64,000 bases of DNA from a virus. Lineage: Duplodnaviria; Caudoviricetes. The DNA lies in IMG/VR virus record IMGVR_UViG_3300021400_000130, positions 32,001 to 96,000 of that record. The stretch is one strand, 5' to 3'. Under the pieces are notes generated by a model. That model saw nothing but the letters and a program-made list of their open reading frames with translations. It ran no database searches and was not told the DNA's origin. Numbering within the stretch: position 1 is the stretch's first letter; each line of letters opens with the position of its first letter. Below are positions 29,036-37,211 of the stretch, piece by piece. A program made the position numbers and the translations under genes.

Positions 29036-29902
29036 GTGAATAGACTTTTAGAAGATAAAAGACAAGAGTTAATAACAAAATCAAAACATGCAGATAATTA
29101 TGCTCCTAGTAATCAATATCTTGGAAAGAATAGATACGAAAGAAGATTACATAGTAAAGTAGCAAACTCTGTTAGAGAAATGAATGCTATTAATATGAAT
29201 AAATTCTTTCAAGATAATATTCTAGACGTAGATATAAAAGTACGCGGCGAAACAGATGACTATATTGTTAGAATTAGTTTTGGCGGAGTACTTGATGAGA
29301 TACATAAACAGATTGAAAGTAACAATGGTGCCCTGAATTTACGATGTGTAATTAGAGCACTTGTTTCTGCTTTTAACGGAGATAGCGTTTATGTAAGATG
29401 TAGCTGTGCGGACTTTAAATATCGTCAAGCATATTTCCTAAGCGTGCATGACGTAATTGTTGGAGAGAAAGAAACTAGGCCTTCGGATATAACTAATCCT
29501 TATGATACAAAAGGGAGAGGTTGTAAACATATATTATTAGTATTATCTAATAATAGTTGGTTAACAAAAGTTGCTTCTGTTATTTTCAACTATATTAACT
29601 ATATGGAAAAACACTATCAGAATTTGTATGCTGATATAATCTATCCTGCGATATATCAAACAGAATATGAGGGAGATGTTCAGTTACAGATTCAAGAGCC
29701 CGAACCAGAAGAAGAGCCTGAACCTGAACCTGATGTATCTGTTAAGGCAGATAAAGATTTACTTGATATTTCTAATAAGTGGGCTAAAACGAAAAATCAA
29801 TTCCAGAAAGGTAACGAATATCGTTTCCAGAAACAAGACAGACCAATGAAGCGTCAAATTGATTTTGATAATTTAATCTCCGATTCGGAGGGAGTAACTT
29901 GA
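29036..29902 (+). CDS. SWIM zinc-finger domain protein with LxE leader
   Basis: VRCSCADF...GCKHIL (CxC...CxH); GTG start, GGAGG RBS; leader MNRLLED. Confidence 0.7.
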   Translation: MNRLLEDKRQELITKSKHADNYAPSNQYLGKNRYERRLHSKVANSVREMNAINMNKFFQDNILDVDIKVRGETDDYIVRISFGGVLDEIHKQIESNNGALNLRCVIRALVSAFNGDSVYVRCSCADFKYRQAYFLSVHDVIVGEKETRPSDITNPYDTKGRGCKHILLVLSNNSWLTKVASVIFNYINYMEKHYQNLYADIIYPAIYQTEYEGDVQLQIQEPEPEEEPEPEPDVSVKADKDLLDISNKWAKTKNQFQKGNEYRFQKQDRPMKRQIDFDNLISDSEGVT

Positions 29903-30414
29903 AGTTTAGATTAGTTGAGGAAAAGATTCCTATTTATAGAGGAGTTATAAAAGGATTAGCTCCGAATGTTTCTGGACCCGGTAGAGCAGAATGGTGGACT
30001 TACAGCGAAGACCAGGCTACTTCATACTGGAAAGACGGTACCGATGAGGAAGGTGCTGTACTAAGTTCATTTCTTGATTTAGATAAGGTAAATCTTATTG
30101 ATCTTGGTAAACAAAAGGATATAACAAGTGCCTATTTAAGTGCTAAATTAAATAACATATTAAATACAGAGATCGTAAATCAAACTAAAGATCTTGTATT
30201 TATAAAGTATAATGGAACAATTTATAGGATGACAAAAGGTCTAGATGACCTACAAACTTTCTATCATATAGTAGCAAAACAAGAAGGCTATGATGGATTG
30301 TTAATCCAGTTTATGATAAAAGGTGAACTTATAACAGAGATTGCATTATTAAGATCTGGTCTTGTTGAATATGATGCCCCTGAATGGTATAATAAACAAT
30401 GGGACAGAAAATGA
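29899..30414 (+). CDS. ADP-ribosyltransferase-fold protein (putative) with LxE leader
   Basis: IYRG...WWT....A..Y...G.V......GYDGLLI......EIAL resembles phage ART/ART-PolyVal signatures; leader MKFRLVEE; TTG start overlapping the previous stop. Confidence 0.55.
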   Translation: MKFRLVEEKIPIYRGVIKGLAPNVSGPGRAEWWTYSEDQATSYWKDGTDEEGAVLSSFLDLDKVNLIDLGKQKDITSAYLSAKLNNILNTEIVNQTKDLVFIKYNGTIYRMTKGLDDLQTFYHIVAKQEGYDGLLIQFMIKGELITEIALLRSGLVEYDAPEWYNKQWDRK

Positions 30415-30450
30415 TATAAACAAATCATAAATAGATAAGGAATATGAAGA

Positions 30451-32241
30451 ATGAGTGTAAAAATTCTAACAGAAGGATTTGAATCCAAATATTTCTATAT
30501 CCTGAAAGAGGATGCTATTAGACAGATAACCTCTATTCTTTCTAATCTGAACGAAGCAGAAATGTCAGATGAAGATAGAGAAGAGACCAGAATACTGAGA
30601 CAGATTTTAGATAAAGCTATGGATGCTTCTTATGACAGACGTAAAGCATTGAAGTATACTCCTAGAGAGCTTGAAGTTGCAGATAAGTACAATTTAACAT
30701 TACCTGCAAAAGTTAAGAAATGGGACGGAACTACAATAACTTCGTTATCCGATAAAGATGTAGATACTCCTAGAGGTACTGGTAGAGATAGATATACTCC
30801 TTCTCTTTCAAGAGACATTGAAAAATCTGGTATTAGAAACAGTCGTCAGGCTAACCTCGCTAACTTTATACGTGCTCGTAAAGAAAAAGGTCCTAGAAAT
30901 GAGCGTCCTTATTCTCAGATAGATAAATTTGCACGTGTTGATGACGCTTCTACATTTGGAGATACAACATTCACGCACGACAACTCTGGAAGATTTGGTA
31001 GAGATCGTTGGGATGAGGAACATGGTAGAGCTGCTACACTTGCAGGCGGAAGAAGCAGAACTCCTTCAGGAAGATGGATACGCGATAAGGAAAAAGATCT
31101 TACCGACGTTGAAAAAGACAGAATTGCTGTTAATAAACAGATGTCCCAGCCTGTTAACGATATGAAGAAAGCTCTGTCGGATCGTAAAGAGAATCAGAAA
31201 GATTTAGACAACGTCAATCTTAACTACGCTAGAAATGTTGCAAATGCTCGTAGACGTTTTGATGATGACATGGCCTATGCAGAAGAGAGAAGAAAGAAAG
31301 AGTCTGAGTCCGGTCGTCAAGGAGTAGACGATGCTAACAACAGAATTAATAAACTTCTGAAGAAAGAATCACTTGAAGAGGACGAAGTAGACTATAGTGA
31401 TTGGAAGTATGGTGATCCATATTCTCCCGAGGATCCAGATGACTATGTACCATTTGACGAAGAGTTAGATATTGATCCTAGTAAATCAGATGACATTGTT
31501 ACTGAAGAGATGTTTACAGAAGCATTTTCAATAAGATTAAGAAATACAATTAACTCTTTGAATGAAGCTGAGATGTCAGACGAAGATAAGCATGATACAG
31601 ATATTCTAAAGCAGATATATCAAAAAACTCAAGGTAGAGCAAATGCTGCTTTAACTCCTGAAGAGAAATCTGTATTACAAAAGTACAATCTTGAGAGAGT
31701 TCCGTATATGAAGAATATTCGTTCTTCTGAGGGTAGTTACAGAACTCCGATATTTGATGACAGAGACTTCCAAAGTTCTTATGATTGGAACAGTGGAAAG
31801 AGAATTCCTCCGAAGTCAAATAAGATAAACTATGCTGACAGAGCACGTAAGCGTCCTGAAAGAGATGCTCAGATGTACGATATGAGAGATAGAGATTTCT
31901 GGGATATGCCAACTCCTGATTATGAACGTCAGCATGAAGTTGATTCTGATGATTACAAACCTGCAACATATCAGCAGAGACAGAGATATTCTGACAATCA
32001 GAAGATGACTCAGAATGTTAGAGACATGACAAGAGCTCTTAGAGACAGAAAGGCAAGCCAAGCAAAAATTGACAGTGCTGATGCTGAACATCAAGCAGAG
32101 CTAGATAAGTTGAAGAAAGAATATGAAGATAGACTTGCAGCAGTTAAACGTAGTCAGCAGTATCGTACAGATTCAGATCGCAGACAAGTAGATTACGCTA
32201 ATAAACGTATTAACAAACTCCTTAGAAAAGAGGAAGAATAA
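30451..32241 (+). CDS. Putative head-internal protein with two tandem homologous modules
   Basis: Leader MSVKILTE; both modules begin LNEAEMSDED..(ET/DT).IL.QI and end AN.RINKLL.KE. Confidence 0.6.
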   Translation: MSVKILTEGFESKYFYILKEDAIRQITSILSNLNEAEMSDEDREETRILRQILDKAMDASYDRRKALKYTPRELEVADKYNLTLPAKVKKWDGTTITSLSDKDVDTPRGTGRDRYTPSLSRDIEKSGIRNSRQANLANFIRARKEKGPRNERPYSQIDKFARVDDASTFGDTTFTHDNSGRFGRDRWDEEHGRAATLAGGRSRTPSGRWIRDKEKDLTDVEKDRIAVNKQMSQPVNDMKKALSDRKENQKDLDNVNLNYARNVANARRRFDDDMAYAEERRKKESESGRQGVDDANNRINKLLKKESLEEDEVDYSDWKYGDPYSPEDPDDYVPFDEELDIDPSKSDDIVTEEMFTEAFSIRLRNTINSLNEAEMSDEDKHDTDILKQIYQKTQGRANAALTPEEKSVLQKYNLERVPYMKNIRSSEGSYRTPIFDDRDFQSSYDWNSGKRIPPKSNKINYADRARKRPERDAQMYDMRDRDFWDMPTPDYERQHEVDSDDYKPATYQQRQRYSDNQKMTQNVRDMTRALRDRKASQAKIDSADAEHQAELDKLKKEYEDRLAAVKRSQQYRTDSDRRQVDYANKRINKLLRKEEE

Positions 32242-32245
32242 TTAA

Positions 32246-32665
32246 ATGTTTATATATGAAAAAGACGGAACATTAGATATTATGTTCCAGAAAACACAGT
32301 TCCCAGCAACTGAAGACTCAAAAGTTGATATAATGTTAAAGAAGGTCGGGGATAAGGTTCAGATTTTAATCAATGGTGAACCCCTTAACGGCGGCAGCGA
32401 GCCTGCAGCTAAGTTAAGTGTGTCTCCTACTGAAGCAAATATTACAGCAGGTGGAGACCCTGTTGTACTTACAGTTTCCAATGCAGTTGGTGCAATTAAG
32501 TGTGCTAAGAAATCGCAAGGTTCGACCTCTACAGGTCTTAGCAGAGTAATTGATGAAAATACAATCACAGTAACCGCAGGTGCTGAAGCTACTGCTGGTA
32601 CTTGGATCTATACTGTAAGTGATGATAACGATTCTGTAGATGTTACATTTACAGTTTCTGCATAA
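32246..32665 (+). CDS. Putative capsid decoration protein with C-terminal Ig-like domain
   Basis: N-terminal MFIYE..L.IMFQ.TQ.PAT domain plus LSVSPTEANITAG...TVSD...V..TV Ig-like strand pattern. Confidence 0.5.
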   Translation: MFIYEKDGTLDIMFQKTQFPATEDSKVDIMLKKVGDKVQILINGEPLNGGSEPAAKLSVSPTEANITAGGDPVVLTVSNAVGAIKCAKKSQGSTSTGLSRVIDENTITVTAGAEATAGTWIYTVSDDNDSVDVTFTVSA

Positions 32666-32690
32666 CATTTATAAATGAGGTAAATAGAAT

Positions 32691-32870
32691 ATGTTTATTT
32701 ATGAAGGAAAGAAATTAGTTGACGATGTTGAAGTTGAATGCTTAAACATCATGTTCCAGAATACTCAAGTTCCTGCTACCGGAGATCCTGACATCTGCTT
32801 ATTCGCATCAGGTGAGGGCGATAATAGAGAAATTCACGTTCAAGTGTCAGGTAGCGACATAAACGAATAA
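32691..32870 (+). CDS. 59-aa paralog of the N-terminal domain of 32246..32665 (absent from ORF track)
   Basis: GAGG RBS; MFIYEGKKLVDDVEVECLNIMFQNTQVPATGDPDICLFASGEGDNREIHVQVSGSDINE*. Confidence 0.75.
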   Translation: MFIYEGKKLVDDVEVECLNIMFQNTQVPATGDPDICLFASGEGDNREIHVQVSGSDINE

Positions 32871-32883
32871 TTAGTTAAATAAA

Positions 32884-32905
32884 GGGCGGGTAAATCTGCC
32901 CGCCC
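32884..32905. terminator. GC-rich hairpin (terminator or RNA stabiliser)
   Basis: GGGCGGGTA-AATC-TGCCCGCCC; no T-run on +, A-rich on the 5' side. Confidence 0.55.
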
Positions 32906-32940
32906 TACATATCATGTTTAATGAAAGGTGAGTATAATAG

Positions 32941-33678
32941 ATGACAAATGCTGAAGTTCGTGAAGAAGTCACATTAATGCTCACAGGTAGATTACTTGAT
33001 CTAGAGCTCGAACCAAATACGCTCGACAGTATTATAAAAAGTTCTCTAAGAGAGTTACAAAGATATATTACTAGTACAAAGATTATAACAATTCCGTTTA
33101 GTAGATGTATTGATCTTTCAGATCCGACACAAACAAACGATACACAACTACATGTAAGTAATGTATTTAGAGTATATAGACCTAATGGTTACTCAGGAGA
33201 GAATACTTCTATGACAACCGTATTAGATCCAATACAAGCGTCACAGTGGCAATTGATTTCTGGTATGGGTAACATGAGAGGATTTCAAGATTACACATTG
33301 AATTATGCTTCTTGGAACACTCTTCTCCAGATGAGGAATACAAGTAGTACTGATTTAGCCTACATATTTGATAGAGACTCGCAAAAATTGTATATAAATG
33401 TTGCAAGTAATGCACCAAGTAGTATAACAATAGAATACATTCCAATATTTCAAGATGTTTCTGAAATAAATTCTGATTATTGGATTGATGTTCTAATTAG
33501 AATAGCAGTTGCTAAAACAAAAATTGTGGCAGGAAGAGTTAGAAGTAGATATACACAATCTAATGCAATATGGTCACAAGACGGAAAAGACATTCTTGCA
33601 GAAGGTACTGCCGAATTACAAGAATTAAGAGAAACATTATCCTCAAATACAGCTTTATTCTATAATGCCGTAGATTAA
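32941..33678 (+). CDS. Neck/head completion protein (T4 gp13-like)
   Basis: LDLEL....LDSII...L at the N-terminus; W.....A.AK.K...GRVRSRY.......DG..IL.EG..EL..LRE.L at the C-terminus. Confidence 0.75.
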   Translation: MTNAEVREEVTLMLTGRLLDLELEPNTLDSIIKSSLRELQRYITSTKIITIPFSRCIDLSDPTQTNDTQLHVSNVFRVYRPNGYSGENTSMTTVLDPIQASQWQLISGMGNMRGFQDYTLNYASWNTLLQMRNTSSTDLAYIFDRDSQKLYINVASNAPSSITIEYIPIFQDVSEINSDYWIDVLIRIAVAKTKIVAGRVRSRYTQSNAIWSQDGKDILAEGTAELQELRETLSSNTALFYNAVD

Positions 33679-33722
33679 GGATACTAGATTATTATTCGGA
33701 TAAATAATGAGGAGATTAATAA

Positions 33723-34979
33723 ATGAATTATCTGAGTGAAGCTTTCAAGAAATTAGATTTTCTGAATGAGGATGATTTTTCACTTGACAATGCCTCCGAC
33801 ATTGATGATATGAGCCAATTTTTGTCAGTGGAGAGAGATTCCGTACAAGATGTAATTGATCCTGAAGCTGAAAGTGAAGAAGAATTAGAAGATACTTATA
33901 TTGGAAAAGTTATTCTTCATTGTCCAGTGTGCAATTCAATGATCTATAAAGATCTTGAAGATATTGAAAGAGACGATGAAGAAGAACTTGTTAATGTTGG
34001 GGAAGAATGCCCTTATTGTTACACTTCTGACGGATTTGAAGTGATTGGTATTGTAAGCCCCTTTAAAGAAGAGTCAGAAAAAGAAGAGATAGAAGCTTCT
34101 GATGAAGCTGAAGCAGACGAAAATGTCGAGGGTTCAGACGAAGTCGAAGTTGAGGATAAAGTAGTAGAAGAATCAGTTGAAGAGTCCGTTGGAGACTCTA
34201 TTTCTGAATATCAGAAGTGGGTAGACTTTGATATGGAAAAATATCATAAGATATCCGATGTTACAATGAACAAGCTAAAGGAAGCTGGATTATCAGTAGT
34301 TAAAGATCAGTACGGAGACTATGAGGTAATAGCTGACAAAAAAGAAGAATCATTAGGTGAAGATTTTGAACATGTTGAAGTTTCAACTGATGAACAAAAG
34401 TTAGTTATGGACGCTGAAGAAGATGGTAAGATTACCATTGAAAGCGAACCGGTTGCTAATGAAGCTGACGTAGCTGAGAATGAATTTATTCAGCCCGTTC
34501 CTGATCTGGTAAAAGACGAAATTGAAGCTCCAGAAGCTGAGGAAACTGCAGAAGTAGAAGCTGAAGAAGAAATCCCTTTTGAGGATGACGAAGTTGATTA
34601 TGACATTGACGATTTCGATGAAGAGTCTTTCGATGGTCTCGGTGAAGCCTATCTTAAAAAGGTTTACGACAACGTAGCTTCTTACAAAACTTCAAATGTT
34701 TCTATGAAGGACAATTCCCTTGTTGTTGAAGGTGTCATTACATTTAATTCTGGTAAGACTAGAACTACTAATTTTATCTTTGAAGCAAAAACAGCTACAA
34801 AAGGTAAGAAACTTTGCTTCATCGGTGAAAACAAACAAATTACCAGAGGTCGTAAAGCCTTTACAATTACAGGCACATTGAACGAAAGTAAATCGTTTAT
34901 CACTGAAAAATTTAACTACAATTATATGGCCAAAAATTCTGAGGGTAAATCTAAAAGACTTTACGGCACATTGAAATAA
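33723..34979 (+). CDS. Acidic prohead core/internal protein with Zn-ribbon
   Basis: MNYLSEAF..LDFLNED leader; CPVC...CPYC; VEES, VEES, LGED, LNES sites; very acidic. Confidence 0.55.
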   Translation: MNYLSEAFKKLDFLNEDDFSLDNASDIDDMSQFLSVERDSVQDVIDPEAESEEELEDTYIGKVILHCPVCNSMIYKDLEDIERDDEEELVNVGEECPYCYTSDGFEVIGIVSPFKEESEKEEIEASDEAEADENVEGSDEVEVEDKVVEESVEESVGDSISEYQKWVDFDMEKYHKISDVTMNKLKEAGLSVVKDQYGDYEVIADKKEESLGEDFEHVEVSTDEQKLVMDAEEDGKITIESEPVANEADVAENEFIQPVPDLVKDEIEAPEAEETAEVEAEEEIPFEDDEVDYDIDDFDEESFDGLGEAYLKKVYDNVASYKTSNVSMKDNSLVVEGVITFNSGKTRTTNFIFEAKTATKGKKLCFIGENKQITRGRKAFTITGTLNESKSFITEKFNYNYMAKNSEGKSKRLYGTLK

Positions 34980-34992
34980 TAAGGAGAACATC

Positions 34993-35994
34993 ATGAAATT
35001 CAAACAAGTAAAGAATTCTCCAGAATTATTGAAAGAATCTCTTAGATGGCCTTCAGGAAAAGACCTTGAAAATGCTTGTGACGTGATTGAAAAGATGTTA
35101 CAAGACAGCGAAAGATTTGAGCTTACAGACGAAGAACAATCTATACTAAGTCAAGCATACGATATTATGTTCTGGATTGCTCCCAATCTTGAAGAAAGTT
35201 TGAAAGAAGCTGCTGATGAGCCTGAAAATCTTCTTGACGAATCTATAAGAAAGTATTCCGTACAAGAATGGATTGACGAACAAGGCTGGGCTCCAGATGA
35301 TGTGGACGATGATGAAGTAGCTTTCTTTGCTACAGAAAGTGGTCCTGTTTGCGGTTCAAAACATAAAGATGGAACTTATAGTGTATTTGGATTAGGACAG
35401 GATAAAGATGGGTTATCATATAAACAGATGATTAAGATTCTTAATGTCTGGGACTCATTGAACGAATCAAAAGATGTCAATCTTTCTGACAAAGAAAATA
35501 GCATCAGCGGCCTCCTTCTTGATCATAAAGATGAAATTGATTCCGCTTCGTCACAAGCTGAGTTAGTTAACGTGTGCAAGAACGCCCTTGCTGAAAAAGG
35601 CGGAGCTAAAGCACAACAGTTCTTAGCTGTACTAAACAGCAAGAAGAATCATTATGCAGCGCTTAAGTATGTGTATGATTTTATTCTTGCTGGAGAAGGT
35701 ATGAGGTCTGCTGATTCAAGAAGAAAGACTAAGCCTGCTCACATGAAAGAAGAATTAGAAGAAGATTTTTCAAATGAGCAAGAACTTATTGACGCTGGAT
35801 TTGAACAAGCAGGTCATAGAAAACAGTATGACTTTTATCGTAAACTAGTTGATGGAAAAGGTAAATGGTATGCTGTTGATACAGAAGAAGGAAAAGTTTT
35901 TCCTATAACTTGGGATCAAGCAGTTGGATATGAACCCATTGATTCTACAGAAGGTATGGCAATGAAGCTTGGTAATATGCTTCTTCCACAGTAA
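34993..35994 (+). CDS. Multi-module protein (putative head-internal polyprotein)
   Basis: About four 50-90 aa segments delimited by LKES, LEESLKEA/LDES, LNES and MKEELEED. Confidence 0.55.
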   Translation: MKFKQVKNSPELLKESLRWPSGKDLENACDVIEKMLQDSERFELTDEEQSILSQAYDIMFWIAPNLEESLKEAADEPENLLDESIRKYSVQEWIDEQGWAPDDVDDDEVAFFATESGPVCGSKHKDGTYSVFGLGQDKDGLSYKQMIKILNVWDSLNESKDVNLSDKENSISGLLLDHKDEIDSASSQAELVNVCKNALAEKGGAKAQQFLAVLNSKKNHYAALKYVYDFILAGEGMRSADSRRKTKPAHMKEELEEDFSNEQELIDAGFEQAGHRKQYDFYRKLVDGKGKWYAVDTEEGKVFPITWDQAVGYEPIDSTEGMAMKLGNMLLPQ

Positions 35995-36021
35995 CACTAA
36001 ATAAGAAAGGAAGTTGTGTAG

Positions 36022-36558
36022 TTGATGCAAGACAATGATAATTATGGGTTGCTTGTTAATTCTAACACAACTCTTCATAGAAGATATTTCAATGAGATGG
36101 CTCGTCTTCTTGGAATAAAAGTTATCTATAGAGCTCCTACTCCCGGTAAACATTATACTACATATGCAGAAATAGAAAGTAATTATCAAGAACCAAAGTT
36201 AGAGTATTGCATCTTTGAAGATCATCCTTCACAACAAACATTAAAGAAACTTGGTTGGGTATCCGAATTACAAGAAGGAAGTTCTATCATTCATGTTAGA
36301 TACGACCTCGAGGATTTACAACAAGGAGCATTGTTTGTTGTACCAAGCGGACTTGATAAAACAAAAGGAAGGCTATTTAGAGTAATAAAGATTTCAAGTA
36401 TTATGGTCTTTCCTTCTTCTCTTTCATGCGAAATAGCTCCTGAGTATGAAGACACACTTGTTAAAACAACAATTGAAGATCACTCGAAGTCAAGTTTTAA
36501 TCTGTTAAACCAAGAAAAAGATGATATGTTTGAATATTATTCATTCAAAGAGGGCTAA
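36022..36558 (+). CDS. Head-tail joining protein (T4 gp14-like)
   Basis: F.EM..LLGI.V.Y and TLKKLGW motifs; position between neck and sheath. Confidence 0.55.
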   Translation: MMQDNDNYGLLVNSNTTLHRRYFNEMARLLGIKVIYRAPTPGKHYTTYAEIESNYQEPKLEYCIFEDHPSQQTLKKLGWVSELQEGSSIIHVRYDLEDLQQGALFVVPSGLDKTKGRLFRVIKISSIMVFPSSLSCEIAPEYEDTLVKTTIEDHSKSSFNLLNQEKDDMFEYYSFKEG

Positions 36559-36561
36559 TAT

Positions 36562-37200
36562 ATGAGTGTATATTTATATGACGAAGCACTCGTAAGTAAA
36601 GTAAAATACTGGACTGAGAATACACAGTTACATGTTTACGGTGTAGATGAGATTAGAGATTTATTTCAAGTAATAGCCGATGAGAATGGTGACAAGCCAA
36701 TATCATTACCACTATTAACAATAAGTAGACCAAAAGGTTATTCGATAATAAACCCAAACAAGAAACCAACAACTTATAATGGAATAAGGGTTATACAAGG
36801 AGAAGACACAGCTTCGATGTTAGCTCAGATTCCAATTAACATTCAGTATCAATTTGATGTCATCTGTAGATATCAAAAAGAAGCTGATATGTATATGAGA
36901 AATCTTGTATTTAATATTATCAATTATCCAACATTAAAAATAGTAATACCTTATAGAGACATTAATTTTGAACATAATGGAACTATTAGATTAACTTCAG
37001 ATGTAATGGATACGTCAAATACTTCTGCTAAATTATTTAACGGACAGTTTACACGATTATCCGTTACAGTCAATATAGATGACGCTTATCTCTGGGATCT
37101 GCGTGTAGCAAACAATCTGTCTATTGAAGACTCAAATGTGCTATTTGTTAGAAATCCAGACGAAGTTACTTTTACTAAAGAAACAATTAACTTAGATTAA
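36562..37200 (+). CDS. Tail terminator/sheath stabiliser (T4 gp15-like)
   Basis: LPLLTISR...IPINIQYQFDV.......D pattern; immediately upstream of sheath. Confidence 0.6.
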   Translation: MSVYLYDEALVSKVKYWTENTQLHVYGVDEIRDLFQVIADENGDKPISLPLLTISRPKGYSIINPNKKPTTYNGIRVIQGEDTASMLAQIPINIQYQFDVICRYQKEADMYMRNLVFNIINYPTLKIVIPYRDINFEHNGTIRLTSDVMDTSNTSAKLFNGQFTRLSVTVNIDDAYLWDLRVANNLSIEDSNVLFVRNPDEVTFTKETINLD

Positions 37201-37211
37201 GGAGACAATAA

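Noticed and set aside
29690-29735. GAACC/GAGCC short tandem repeats
   Set aside because: They encode a low-complexity EPEPEEEPEPEP linker, not a regulatory array
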